Shown here: positions 50,654 to 63,800 of the stretch, in pieces
How the letters are laid out: every line of letters starts with the position of its first letter
Position numbering within the stretch: the first letter of the stretch is position 1
Assembly: GCF_040938485.1 (NCBI RefSeq)
Contig: NW_027271187.1
Location: 1,302,001-1,366,000, forward strand
Direction: 5' to 3'
From: Diadema antillarum
Lineage: Eukaryota
Length of the DNA stretch: 64,000 bases
Position numbers and translations under genes: made by a program
Notes under the pieces: generated by a model
What the model was told of the DNA's origin: nothing
The model's database searches: none
The model's input: the letters and a program-made list of their open reading frames with translations, nothing else

Positions 50654-51272
50654 GTATGGAGATCGGCTTGTGAACAATGATTATATGTTCTACGAAGAGT
50701 GATGAGATTTAGCAGAGAATTTATCCCCCATGAGAAAAGTTGTTGTTCAAAGACTGATACATGTATCACTGGAAGCACAGCAACAGATCAGGGCAGGTTT
50801 TAGCAAAGTTACATAAATACCATTAGTTACATTTACCTAACAAGACCTCAGTTATCTGGCCATCCCTTTCGTGAATCTCTCTTTTTAGACATTGGCTGGC
50901 TTATGGTTGTCTTTTCCTTTTCGAGCATATTCAGCACCAAATCAGATCATAGTACTCGCCTGGTTGGTTTGCTGCATGGCTACTGCTGCCATAGAAACTG
51001 CATTTATTTCGACTTACAATAATAGAAGTAAAGATATGTAGTATTTGTATACTGTAAAAGTGGATATTTTCGCGCGACTTATTTTTCGCACTCAGCGGGG
51101 TAAGAAGAGTTTTGCATGTTTTTAATTCCGCGGAATCAAGAACTCAACTACTGGAACATATGGCAGGCAAATAATATTTGCGTGCCCTTATTTTCGCACT
51201 AGTTTTTGGTTGTGCGAAATGTGCAAAAAATTTCCACTTTTACAGTAGTAGTAATTCATGTAATGGTTTTAA

Positions 51273-51629
51273 AAGGGAAGGCTAGTAACTGATCAGTGGG
51301 AATCAGTGGAAATGCTGGGAGATGATTGTTCCAATCCTTATGGGATTCATTCAAGAGTTCATTGTATATCTATTGTTGTGTGAAAATGATTTGCTTCAGA
51401 ATGGTCTCATATTCAAGTAATGTGCAGTTTAATGCTTCCAGGTTAGCGTCCCTGGTCAGTGACGGAGCATTAATCTGCACATTACTTGAATATGAGACCG
51501 TTCTGAAGCAAATCATTTTCACACAACAATAGATATACAATGAACTCTTGAATGAAACTCATAAGGATTGGAACAATCATTTCCCAGCATTTCCACTGAT
51601 TCCCACTGATCAGTTACTAGCCTTCCCCT
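51273..51629. mobile_element. Kolobok-like palindromic MITE in MRPS26 intron 3
   Basis: About 165-bp near-perfect inverted arms, TTAA on both sides, purine-purine 5' terminus. Confidence 0.8.
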
Positions 51630-51893
51630 TTAAAGAGCTTTATTGAATGGTGCAAGACATTCTGCACACACTGCAGTTCTACATGCATACATGTATGTAC
51701 ATGTTTATTTCTATAGGAAATTGAGAGGCATTGCAATTACAATGTGTGGTTGGAATATTGTGTGCAGTGATGGGGGGGGGGGAATAAAATGCTAATGAAC
51801 TTGAGAAGTACTCACACATGTGTATCATTAATACATAGTAACACCTGACAGTGGTTCTAACTTTGGTGTTGTCATTGTTGTTGATGTGATTAG

Positions 51894-52112
51894 GAGGCAA
51901 GTAAATCTTTCATCACCATGGAGACCATGGAGGCAGCAATAGAGGAGGCCCTGGATAACCCCAAGAACTATAATTTCCTCATCAAAAGGACGGGCAAGCC
52001 AGTGTTACCACCCGACACTGCCTGGGAGCAATTTAGGCAGAGAACTTTAGCGGAAGAGGAGCAAGAGTCGCCAGAGAAGGAGGACGAGGATGTGAAAATG
52101 GCAGAGAACTGA
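51894..52112 (+). CDS. MRPS26: MRPS26 exon 4 (last)
   Basis: EASKSFITMETMEAAIEEALDNPKNYNFLIKRTG (mS26 FIT.E.LE..IE.ALD.P..YN motif) to TGA. Total CDS 729 nt. Confidence 0.9.
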   Translation, partial: EASKSFITMETMEAAIEEALDNPKNYNFLIKRTGKPVLPPDTAWEQFRQRTLAEEEQESPEKEDEDVKMAEN

Positions 52113-55100
52113 TTGGGTTGGACCTGGAAGCCTGCGCTGAGCAAAGCCCAAATCAGAGTTAGACTGTAAGCATGTACTGCCAGCGTTTGGACATGCAGCA
52201 TGCACAGAACACTTTCAGACACAGTGTCCAACATTTGCTTTATTCACCTATCAGGTCTCTTGGTCCTTGTGCATCTGTGTCTACCGTTCATTTGTTGCCA
52301 TGGAAACCTTATGCTATGCTGTATATGCCATGTATTCTGTGAGTTGGTATGTGTACAGTGCACTCCCATTATAAACAAGTCCTTGGGACCGGCATTTTTT
52401 TTTTCATTATACAAATACCAAAATTTTGTTATAGACAAACATTTAAGTTTGTAAAGATATCTAGGTGATAATTTTTGGACCTGAATATTTACTTTGTTGT
52501 AACGAGAATTTCATTATAATCATGTTCATTATAAAAGGAGTGCACTCTACTTGCGAGACAAATTTGTGGTTGAGAACCAACGATAACGGAATAGATATTA
52601 TTCTTGTTCACAAGAAGACCGAGTAATTTCCCACCTTAGAGATGGTATACACACTGTAGTGCATTTATGATGCGGGAGGCAATATTAATGAGTTAATTTC
52701 ATGAATATCGGTTGATTCACAAAATTCGAGATATAAATGCCTCGAAATATAGTGTTCTGTGTATGCAGTGTATGTTATCACTTATAGCTTGCAAGCAGCC
52801 TCTGTATCTTTGAATAAAACCGAAATGTGCTTGAGTTGGTATGAGTAATTTTGCTTGGCAATTGTGTAAATGTGGAATCAGCTCTCATGGATATCACAGC
52901 CAAAATCTATACATTGTCATTTCAACATTTTTTGAGGTGATGAAATATTTGCTGGATTTTAATCAAATTTGGCAAAGTCATTCAACCCGTTGAAGACCCG
53001 TCCCGAGTATACTCGGGCAGGTGTCTATGGGAAATGCGCGTTGTAGCAAAATCAGTCCATCTTTAACAGGTTAAAGTATCTATAACCCAGCTTGTTTCTG
53101 AGGTATGTTTTGGCTTGATGCATCAAAAAGGGAAGCAAGTTTAGTCATACTCTGAAATTACAATCTATAAGGTGTATACCTGGAAACCTGTGACAAAATT
53201 CAGTCTTGCTATTCCACACATTGTAAGTTTAAGTGCAGATTTAGATGCAGCTGTCTCAATGTGCAGTACGAGAAGGATGTGATGTAGCAATGTCAGAATT
53301 TATATTCATGAACACTTTGTTAAAAGGAGAATGTTGTTACAGCAAGACAGCAAATTGTCAAGATGAAATCACCAAATATTATTGTAGAATTGTATATATG
53401 TATTCGATGTTGCAGTAGGATTATCATTTGGAAGTGCAACTTCATGGCATGCCCAAATTGGCTTTGATAAGTACAAAGTAAAATCACATGAACAGAAATG
53501 GACAAGGTTTCGTGAAAATCGGACCCAAAAGGAGAGAGTTACAGAATTTTAAAGTTTCCTCTGTTTTCTCCATTCAGTTACAATGGTCCCATCACATATT
53601 CAAATTAGCAGAGATAGTGATGTTATCACCTCCAAAGTCTTAGCTCTGCTAAGATCTGAACTGAGTTTCCTCTTTTTGATGTGAAATCTGTGATAAGATG
53701 TATTCTTTGCATTAAATTTTTATGGTCTTGTAATAACTTGGCAACAATGACCTTTTCCCAATACATGTACAGTGTATGTTTGTGTTGTAATATACTACTA
53801 CAGTGTACTCCCATTATAACGAACACGGTAATAACGAAATTCCGGTTACAACGAAGTGAAAATTTGTGTCGCAACGTTATTCACTCTGTGCTTTTTTATT
53901 GTTTATTTGTTCGGTTATAACAAAATTTCGATATAACCAAAGAAAACTGCAGGTCTCGAGGACTTCGTTATAATGGGAGTCCACTGTATTTCAATTTGTA
54001 GAAAACATGTGAAACAAAGTCCAAACTTGATAAATATTCCACCATTCTGTTTGCCTGATGTTGGTCTATTTATCAAAGTTGGTGAGAACATGGTGTGTAA
54101 AGAATCGGTCACCAACAGTCTTTTTTCTGACAGAAAGGCAAGCAGTTAGGCAACTTTGCATACTTCTACGTAGTACATCTCTTAAATACTTTCAACAACT
54201 TTCTCTCAATCAAGATTTTATTTTAATCCTGATTCTCCATATATAAACTCGATAGAATATTAATGAATTAGATTATGTATTTCCCTGACAAAATATGAGA
54301 CAAATAAAACTAAGGTGAGATGTTGCCAGGATAGAAGCAATTGCAAAATGATGTAAATACAGTACTGTACCTGTATATACACACAGAAATTGCCATGGCT
54401 GCCTAGTGTGAACTTGCATGCTTAGAGAGGCATACCATATAAGCTGTTACTTTTTTGTGATTTCGCAAATTACTGTTGGACTGCAAATTTAGCAACATGT
54501 GAAAAGTCCCCATGTGTGGGGGTAATTGTGCCCTTATGATAGCCCTGGTGTCAATTCGCAAAAGCAACATCTCTCGTAAATGTCCTTGACCTCATCATTC
54601 ATGAAAAATCTCTGTACGCGTAAATAACAGCTTATACAGTACACGTATTCAGAACCATTCATCTCAACTTGAATAATCTCTATCACACCACAGGGATTTC
54701 CATAACTCTGCCTTCTACGCATTCCATACAATGTCTTACAAGGTGGCGCATAAAAGCATGTTTTATTGAACTTTCAAAGCAAGTTGATCTGAATACACAT
54801 ACAAACATACAAAGAAAAAAAATATGAAAGTTAAAATCAGCTGTCTCAGAATCACCCATTTGGCAAAAGGCAATGTACGATATACATGTATGCACGCTTT
54901 TGTGGAATTCCTTCTGAAGTTTTCCACTTTGAACTCCAAAACCAGTATTAATGCTTAACCCTTTGTGTGTCTTGAGCATCAATTGGTAGAGACAAACTCA
55001 TAGCATTCTACACACTGCCCAAAGTCTGCAGCACGGACAGAGTTAATATAGAAATAATGCATCCTCGACACTTTAAGTCAGAGGCATAAAAACCAACCCC

Positions 55101-57444
55101 ATAACCTAAAAAAATCAGTAGTGTATCACGATGTATACCATATACGGGTGTCCACACAGACTGTCAATTAGAGACATAAATGCACTTCTAACTTTGACCT
55201 ACAACTGCATTTGTAACAACTGTGCTTCCAGCCAGGGGATGGTTTCCATACCAGTTGTTTCATGAAGAACAAGAGCCAGTGCCCACAGATTATCTACACA
55301 AACTTACACATTACATGGCCACATCAATGTTAGTTATCAGTCTTTCTTTTTCTCATCATCACTCATTTAGCTACAGATATTAACAGTATTTCTGTCCATT
55401 CAGTGTACCAAAGAACATCAAAGTAACTGGACCAAAGAAATGGAGACGTAGAGTTACTCTCTGTCTAGTACCTGGGGAAGTAACAACAACAAACAATCTA
55501 AGATGGCAGAATAGTTCTATATGAGATTGAAGTTGAAAATACAAGCAATTAGGGTATAAATGTAACAACAACAACAACAAAAAAAGATTAATGTTTTAGG
55601 TATTATATCAAGGTAATACTGCAGCTAAAATATACTTTGGCAAAAGGTGACTTTTTATTTCACTTATATCAATCTACACCAGTACTGATACATAAATTTA
55701 TTTACATGCTGACCCATTTCAATACTGTAGTATTTATAATTTGTCTTTATATTTGACACATGGTACGACTTTCCTTTTGTATTACAATGATTACACATCT
55801 TCATCTGCTATAGACTGCATCTATTAAATCTCTTTTCCATCAACATTTTTATATCTACACAGGCATGTTCCTGTGCCACATGTTCTAAACAAACTAATTG
55901 CTGGTATATATACTGGTACTTCAACGTTTGTATGTGTGTATCTGTGTGTGTCTGTGTCTTTCTGTGTGTGTATGAGTGTGTGTTTATGAGTATGTGTGTG
56001 TGAATATTACACAAGGGAAGCTCTTTGGATCAATATTGGCATGCTTTGTTATGGAATGTAATACATTGTAATATGAAATGTTGTGTGTGATGGCAAAGGT
56101 TTTTTTTTTTTTTTCATTTTACTCTAGAGCAAATTCCCCGTCTTTCTATTTCATGAATGAACTGACTGCACATATTCTGTATGTGACCGTGCATCACAAA
56201 ACCAACAAAAAGTCGCACCCCTTGATTTTACATGAGGACTCAAAAAAGGTGAAACTGGTCAGTAAAGTCAGTCTTGAGTTGTTCATGTTTTCTGAAAGAG
56301 CTATTCTTCTTTTACATTATTATTAAGTTTAGGATCATAAAATGAATTGGAAAATGTGTTTTCAGCAGTTTTTCTACAACCCTTTTTTGGTAGAGTAGTG
56401 TGATCAAGTATGTCTTCTAGAAACCCCTTTTCATTTCTTGAAAATCCTTTGTGCACTCTTCACTTTCAACTGTCAAAACTTTTGAAAGGATAATTCTACT
56501 GCTTTGAAAGTTGGCATTAATCATGGACAGAATGTGTTGATTGAGAATGCCCAATGTCAATTCAATCTGATAATCCCTTCATTATTGTTGCTCTGATGGT
56601 TTACATCCTATTTTTTGTCCCATTCGTCACACAGCTAGCACTGCTTGGTAAAGATTAAGCGCGTTAATAGACCCTGTACTTCAGAGCCTCTTTTCTCAGT
56701 TCACACTTTTCTGGAGCACGTGCTTTCTTTCCAATATTTAGATAGGTTAGGAGAGTCCATTTGAGTTGAGTTATACATCATTTTAAAGCTTAGAGTCTGC
56801 TCTTTCAGGACCTGCCCTTAACAAAAAATCCATATCTGGCGACTTTTTGTTGGTTTTGTGATGCAGGGTCACATTATATATGCATATTATAATTGAAAGC
56901 ATATCAACATGCTTTTGTTATCACCAGGCATTTTGGGATCCGAATAAACTATAAAGCACAGGATGCATTACATTTCCATAGGTAATGACTGGGTATACAG
57001 AGAGTTGGTCAAATAATCACTAAACTGATGGATGTGAGCTTTCTACGGTACGTCTTGTACATAATTATGTAAATTATTTCCTCTGAAATTAATCTTTTTG
57101 GTATCTACGCAAAAGTTGAAATACTTTCTTTGTAATTTACAGCAGAGAGTTGCAACAGACAAGTTTTGAACTCGAAGGAAGTCAACCTGGGTGCAGTGAG
57201 CGGCACTAATTAGCATTCAAAGCTGGTATATGCTCTAGACATATTCTCTCTCAATACTGACGGATCATTGACAAGACTATAGCACTGATCATCGTGCGCA
57301 GAATTCAACATTTGCTTGACTGATTGTCATCATAAATCTGGATACACTTTACCAACAACTGAAAAGCATAAGAATACATTGTATTTTGTTATCTCCAGTA
57401 GGCGAGTGTAACCCAGGTTGATATGCTGGCTGGGAGGCAGGTCC

Positions 57445-57707
57445 TCAGAAACTGACACCCTCGTGTTTCAAGAGCCACTCCTTGACGTGGAGTCCCCGCC
57501 CCGACATGAATCCCCCCAGTTTGCCATCAGCGGCCAACACGCGATGACAGGGGACCACCAATGGGGTGGGGTTGAGTCTCATTGCCCCGCCCACAGCCCT
57601 GGCGGCTCTTGGTTTGCCCATCACGGCAGCCAGCTGGCCGTAGCTCATCGTCTGTCCAACAGGAATGTCCATCACCATTTTCTCCCAGACTCGAGATGAG
57701 AAGGAAT
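57445..57707 (-). CDS. MGMT: O6-methylguanine-DNA methyltransferase, last exon
   Basis: SYGQLAAVMGKPRAARAVGGAMRLNPTPLVVPCHRV: HTH with arginine finger, and active-site PCHRV at 57538-57552. Ends KEWLLKHEG, then TGA. Confidence 0.95.
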
Positions 57708-58077
57708 CTATAAAGCAAACAGACAAACATACCAAAATTGAGGAAATAAGGGAAATTATAACTGACAAAATATCATAATACAGGGTGTTGCAAGGTCCAC
57801 AAGGGATTTTAACATGTCGGCAACAGGTTTAAGTTTGTTACCCATTACATTTGTATTCTCAAAGGGGGCTGCCTGGCTAAGGAAGACTTTTTCAAAGTCT
57901 GTTTTTGCTTCAAAAACACTTGCCGATGACATATCTATAGCATGGATATGATTTCTGTGAAGAGGAAAACAAGAAAGTATCAATGGTGTTCACAAGATTT
58001 ATCAACCGTACGAAATCTATGCACAAATTTGATTTTCTATGGAAAGTACACATTCCTTTGTCTTGCTACTGACATAT

Positions 58078-58211
58078 CATACTTGCCAACTCTACCGCAT
58101 TTGGCGGTAGACTACCGCTTTTGAATGATTTCATTAGCATTCAAGCTAGCGCTGCTCGCATAGGCATCCTGGATTCTACCGCTTTCTCAAATGAAAATGT
58201 TGGCAAGTATG
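58078..58211. mobile_element. 134-bp MITE with 13-bp TIR and 6-bp TSD in an MGMT intron
   Basis: CATACTTGCCAAC / GTTGGCAAGTATG, flanked by ACATAT on both sides. Confidence 0.75.
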
Positions 58212-58799
58212 ACATATGTTCAGGGTAATATCACTCTCCCTGTCTTTTGAAGGAGGCAGTAAAGTTATGAGCTCTTCTAGTGTATTATGCTAGAAAAATG
58301 AAAACACATTCAAACCTGTCTTAGCGTTCGCTACAGAGAGATTTGGCTGTATATACCCATCTGCCTTGTATATGTACACACAGAGACACTCGTGCTGCAA
58401 GGTTAATGAAATATCAGTTCATTCTACAAAAAGTCACTTAAAAAAATAAAAGAGAAAAATAAGAAGAGAGACCAATACAGTATGGCAATTAAATGCCAAT
58501 CACCCTGAGAACAAGTTGCAGCCAAGCCATATTTACTGAAGAGCATCCATAGCTACTTTTACTTTTTCCACTGCTGTAAATGCTGCCTCAGGGGCATATT
58601 CCATAATTACACCTGGTCAGGTGGGAATGTTTTCCAATATATGTCCCGACACCATCAATGTACAAAATCTATAATCCCATGACAACAATATTTCTGGCCT
58701 GTCCTTTTAGTTTGCTTCCTATCACTACTGCAAAGTATCATTGTGGATAAAATGCAATACCAACAGACTTCAGTGCCCTAAAAGTTTTGGTTTAGATTG

Positions 58800-59165
58800 G
58801 ACTTAAGTTTCCATTTTTATATATTTTTTTGAGATGAGAAACCTTTTATGAAATATGAATGAGCATACAATCCTAAGAGGAATTCAAAGTTTATTTGATG
58901 AAAATTGGTTTTGAAATGGCCACGATATCACAAAACAAAGAGGTTCTATATAAGAAAAGGTGGGACCCGCCTTTTATCAGGACCACTTCGTTTTATTGTT
59001 TTTTGAGGGGTAATATCTCAGCCATTTCAAAATAGATCTTCATCAAATAAATTTTGAATACGTCTCAGAACTGTATGCTCTTTAATATTCCATCTAAGTG
59101 GTTTCTAATTATCTCCCAAAATGTTAATTCCCCATCTCAACCAACACTAAGAAATCCCTTTGACA
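58800..59165. repeat. Dispersed repeat, related remnant at about 14545-14720
   Basis: Both carry AAAAGGTGGGAC...GACCACTT...ATATCTCAGCCATTTC...CATCAAATAAA...TGGTTTCTAATTATCTC...CCCATCTCAAC. Confidence 0.65.
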
Positions 59166-59303
59166 GCCACAGCTTCAAACCCATGATCCCATTCAAGTGC
59201 TCCATCTCTGGACTCAGAAAAATATTCTGTATCTCTAACAACACTGATTTAAATAAGCATATATACAAAAGTTCCCTGTGAAACTAACAAGAAACTGAAG
59301 TAC

Positions 59304-59449
59304 CAGACTTAAACTCTGTGACGTGGAGAGGTGGTAGAGGTCTGTCCAGGACTGAATTGGAATCCTTGAAGTAGTCTGTTAGCCAGTCGCAGCATTCTCT
59401 CAAAGCCGGTGACCAATCGTCTGGCTCCTCGAAGACACTACAGCTTTTT
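59304..59449 (-). CDS. MGMT: MGMT middle exon
   Basis: Not in the ORF track. Hand translation KSCSVFEEPDDWSPALRECCDWLTDYFKDSNSVLDRPLPPLHVTEFKS matches the MGMT 'C..WL..YF...P.LH' segment. Phases 2/1 fit both neighbours. Confidence 0.85.
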
Positions 59450-59706
59450 CTGTCATCAGTGAAGAGGAAACAAGCAAAATAGATGAACTAATATGAGCTA
59501 TGCGCTTGTTTTTTTGAGTTTTTTTTATGATGCTAACTACCGACCATAAATACATTATACATTATATACACATACTGTGTAATTATATACACATTTATCT
59601 ATATGAAGAGGGAACAGAGAACAAGCAAACTAGATGAATTTATATGTGCTTGTTTTTTTTTTCTCTCATGCTAACTGCTGATCTTGCATGTAGAACTAAT
59701 CTTGTA

Positions 59707-59746
<40 letters not shown>

Positions 59747-60705
59747 CAGATATATGTATTTTTTATTTTATTTTTTATTTTTTTGTTAGTCTGGCTAAAG
59801 GTGCTTTGACTAGATCTGTGTTAATACTGACATGCCTCCTTGATGTATAGTACAGTAACACCCAAACATGTGCCTGCCTTTCTCTCTGGTTTTCATGACA
59901 TCAAGTATTTTTGAATTTACACCACCAGTATACATTTTGCAAGTTCCCATAGGAGGCCTATATATTGATGTAGATTTTGATTCAAACAGGTACACGTAGT
60001 ATGATAACAAGTAATTTCAGTTGAACAGACTTAATTTTCACACTCTTTTATAGTAGGCCTAAGTTAGTGGCTCTAAAAACTTGAATCCTCATGCTGTAAG
60101 GTAAAAGAGTGGACTCCCATTGTAACAAAGTCCTTGGGACCGGCAGTTTTCTTTTGTTATATTGAAATTTCGTTATAACCAAACAAATAAACAATGAAAA
60201 AAGATAAAGTTGCGGGCTGAATTTTTATTTCATTGTAAGCGGAATTTCGTCATTTCCATGTTCGTTATAATGGGAGTGCACTGTATTTGAGAAAAGCAAG
60301 ATCATGCAGATGATTTCAACAAACTTTCAATAATCTTTGTAGCACATATCTCCTGACAAAATACACCTCACACATAATGTTGATCATAGTACATAAGTCC
60401 GTTGAATAATAACAATGGTGATAATTCAAACTGGTAAAAAAAAGAATAATATTGTTGACAATACTAAAAAGAGAACACTCATAGTAACAATAATAAGTGC
60501 AAGAACATCAGTAAGAGTGACAATGCCCAAACTCCACTTAGTTATTTATACTCAAGATGTAGCGAGATTGAACGCTTTTATTGGTAATTGAAATTAAAAC
60601 CACTTTCAGGATATACTGAATGTCATTACAAGTTATCACTCTTATCAGTTGCACCCATCAATGTATTCAACCTACAATGTATGGCTACGTACACTCGGGA
60701 CTCAC

Positions 60706-60845
60706 TTAGCGTTCAGCTGAGGGAGAGCCTTTGGAGCCGCCATGCAGATCTTATGCACACCCTTGGGACATCCTGACACGGTCACATGACCAACAGGTGT
60801 GGCCAAGACAAATGATGATAGCGTGCATACTGTTTTTAACGGCAT
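60706..60845 (-). CDS. MGMT: MGMT first coding exon
   Basis: Not in the ORF track in this frame. MPLKTVCTLSSFVLATPVGHVTVSGCPKGVHKI resembles MGMT 'SPLG.L..SGCE.GLH.I'. Donor AA|GTGAGT. Total CDS 549 nt. Confidence 0.82.
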
Positions 60846-63800
60846 CCTGTGTAGTGTGTCTCTGCAGTCTGGCCCACAATATATCCCAACATGTAAAAAG
60901 AAAAGGCAGACTGTGATTCAAAAATGAGGCATTGCATGACAAAAATCCACATACCTTGTAGATGAAGTCAGAGAGATGCAATATCTGCAACAGAACTCAT
61001 ATTTATACCTGGGAGGTTTCAGAGAAGAAGAAAGAAGAATTATAATCTCTCCTTTGTATACCCACGCTTTGTGCTGCAGAGAATATATGCATTCTAATTG
61101 CAGGAGTTAATAAACTGTTTTGACAAAAGACTGTTTCTGTTCAAATATGCATCATTCCTCAATCACAACAAACTGAGCAGGTAGCAGTTCACTGTCCCTG
61201 TCAATATCTTTGGCAGCAATTTAACTACACACAGACCAGTTGCTGTCTAAATACGACATCTGCAGCAATGCAGCAATTTATTAAAAATGTTAAAAATATT
61301 GAAAACAAGATCTGAAGGGAAAAAATGAAAGGACTTGTTCTGTAACATATACCAACAAGTTTCATTTTATGGAGGTTCTAAGATTTCAACATTTTCTCTG
61401 ACAATACGCTTTAAAATTGTTAAAATCCAGAATGTCTTCTTTATTCTTCGTTGCCTAATACTGCTATCAAGTAATAACGTTAAACATGTAGGCGCCTACA
61501 GGAAACCATGATAGGGTATGGATCGAGCAACAGCTGATGTAGTGATGACTAATTCTCTCATTTCTCTGCTGTCACTAACACTTTCTAATCAAGCTTCAGT
61601 ATTACATTGTGAAATGGACCTTTTCCTCCAACCTAGTAATAAGCAATAGTCCTAGACAGACAATTTACTGGTAGAAAGTGTCTAGTAGGCCCTACACTGT
61701 TTACCAATCCATTTCAAATCCTAGCTCATCCCATGGACCTACTGTAGGTCCATGCTCATCCCAACCTCATCCAACCACGCCCACTTTGAATGAGGGGATT
61801 TCCCGACCTCTGAAACCGACGACCCCGCCCCACCCCTCTCTTCACCAGTAGCAGTACGCTTCGCCACCAGGAACCATGTACCAGGAGCAGCATGGCTGCA
61901 GTCACTACGCACACATAGCACATGATGCTACACAATCAGTTGTGGGTAGTTCTGTAGTAACTGCAACAAAAATCAGTAACACGGCCCCATGCCCCATGAC
62001 AGGTCTACAAGCAGCTCTCCAACTTGGGTCTATTATCAATATAATACCAAAAGTTGCACGTTGATCGCGTCGCGAGGCGAGGGTTGCTGGACAAATGAAT
62101 ACCGAGCGAGTTAAGTCAAAGACCAAAGTTTCTAGTCAAAATAAAATGTCTAGATCAAGAGTGGATGATACAAAATAACGTCAAATTGCACTCACAGTTA
62201 GCTCTTTCATCAAACTAAACAAAAGGTCAGTATAGCGACGACAGTTTCTCTGAACACGAGGTTTTACAGTATATTGGAAGTTATCAATTCTGAACACTGC
62301 ACTGCACAAACATACACTGTTCCTTTTACTTATTGGTGTCATGTGGTGTAATCACCTAACATGTTACTAGAAGCAGCACGCTGCATGCACCCACCACACA
62401 GAATCGTCAAGTTCTGTGCAGAGAGTTTGTGATGCGCGGTCCATGTGCTAAACGTCAGCGTGCGAGTGTTACCGTGTTATGTTTACAGTTAGAATATTCC
62501 TAGTCGTCTAAAAGTAATTATTTCATAAAATAGATATCAATATAATTGTATTTATTACATAAGGCTTTATAAAAGTTTGTAAGCAATGATAAATTTATTT
62601 TTGTAATATTTTTTGCCGTACTTATAGTGATGTTTATGTTTTGTTTTCAGTGTTTTCCACTCCTGGCATCAATATGCGAAGCCACACTCTTGTACCATCG
62701 TACCGACGAAGTGGGGACACGTGTAGCGCGCGAGCAGGCACACACACATTGCAGTCACACTCCTAGTCCTATGTACTGAGAGAAGCGCGCAGCCAACTTG
62801 CAGTTTTTTGGTTTGTGCAAGGTCAGTCGTGGGTCACGGATCCGATCAACTTCGTGATGACGTAGCGACCGTCGGCGGATCCGCAGCGCAGCGTACGGGT
62901 AGTAAACGCGTACCGCAGCTAGCCGATAGCTAGCTATACATTGTGGGAAAAACAGGCAGCTCAATCGCATATATCAGCACCGCCGCATCGCAAGCTCGGA
63001 CGGCTGTTAATTTGTGTGTACGCCCACTTTGAAATTCCTGTTTTGGAAATCGTACTTCATCCGCAAGAAGAGTCATTATTTCCACTTTATTTTAAGCTTT
63101 CCTGAAAGATACTACCTACCCTATCATCATGCAGTCGGCTATGTGGAAAATCCGTGAACTGACGGATAAAGTGTAAGTGAAACAATATGCTATCCATACG
63201 CCGGTGGCCGGTGTTTCTCCTATCTGTTGGTTGGTTCCCGTTGCTAGCAATACGCCGTAGGCCTACTCAGATAAGTTGTACGTCAGCGAGACCGAAACCA
63301 AACCCTTGACATACTTATAGTGGAACGCCTATGTAGCATGTAGTACTAGACATACCTGTAGGCTGTAGTGTACTGTTACTTAGTTGTAGAGCCGCATCTC
63401 GTAGTATGATAATAGGGACTGACAGTTTGGTTAGCTATCCTTCGACAATTGCCTGTGTGACCATCTTCGTGGATATTTACTAGGATCGTCGTCCAGTAAT
63501 TGTACGTGAACATTCATTGTAACGTCGACTATCACTGTACGGTGTAGCCAGCTGTGTAGGCACTCCACCTTGCCACATCACAGGCACAGCAATAAACAGG
63601 TGACACACTATTTTCAAAGATCAGTTAGTTGGGCCACATCCACAGAGTCAGTAGGGTAACCACCACTACACATGTAACATGCACAGCTTACTAATTACTC
63701 AGCACAAATATTCACTCGAACGTTGGTTACCATTAAGTCGCCAGAGCCCAGACATTCACATCGCATGTAGCGCACGCCATGATCGGAGATCCAGCTGGGG

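Noticed and set aside
3150-60845. Conserved functional gene cluster (FAM184-Not-RCCD1-MRPS26-MGMT)
   Set aside because: To my knowledge the human orthologues are on different chromosomes and share no pathway; synteny cannot be tested here.
61739-62126. Short ORFs upstream of MGMT as coding exons
   Set aside because: No MGMT similarity, and the MGMT model is already complete from ATG 60845.
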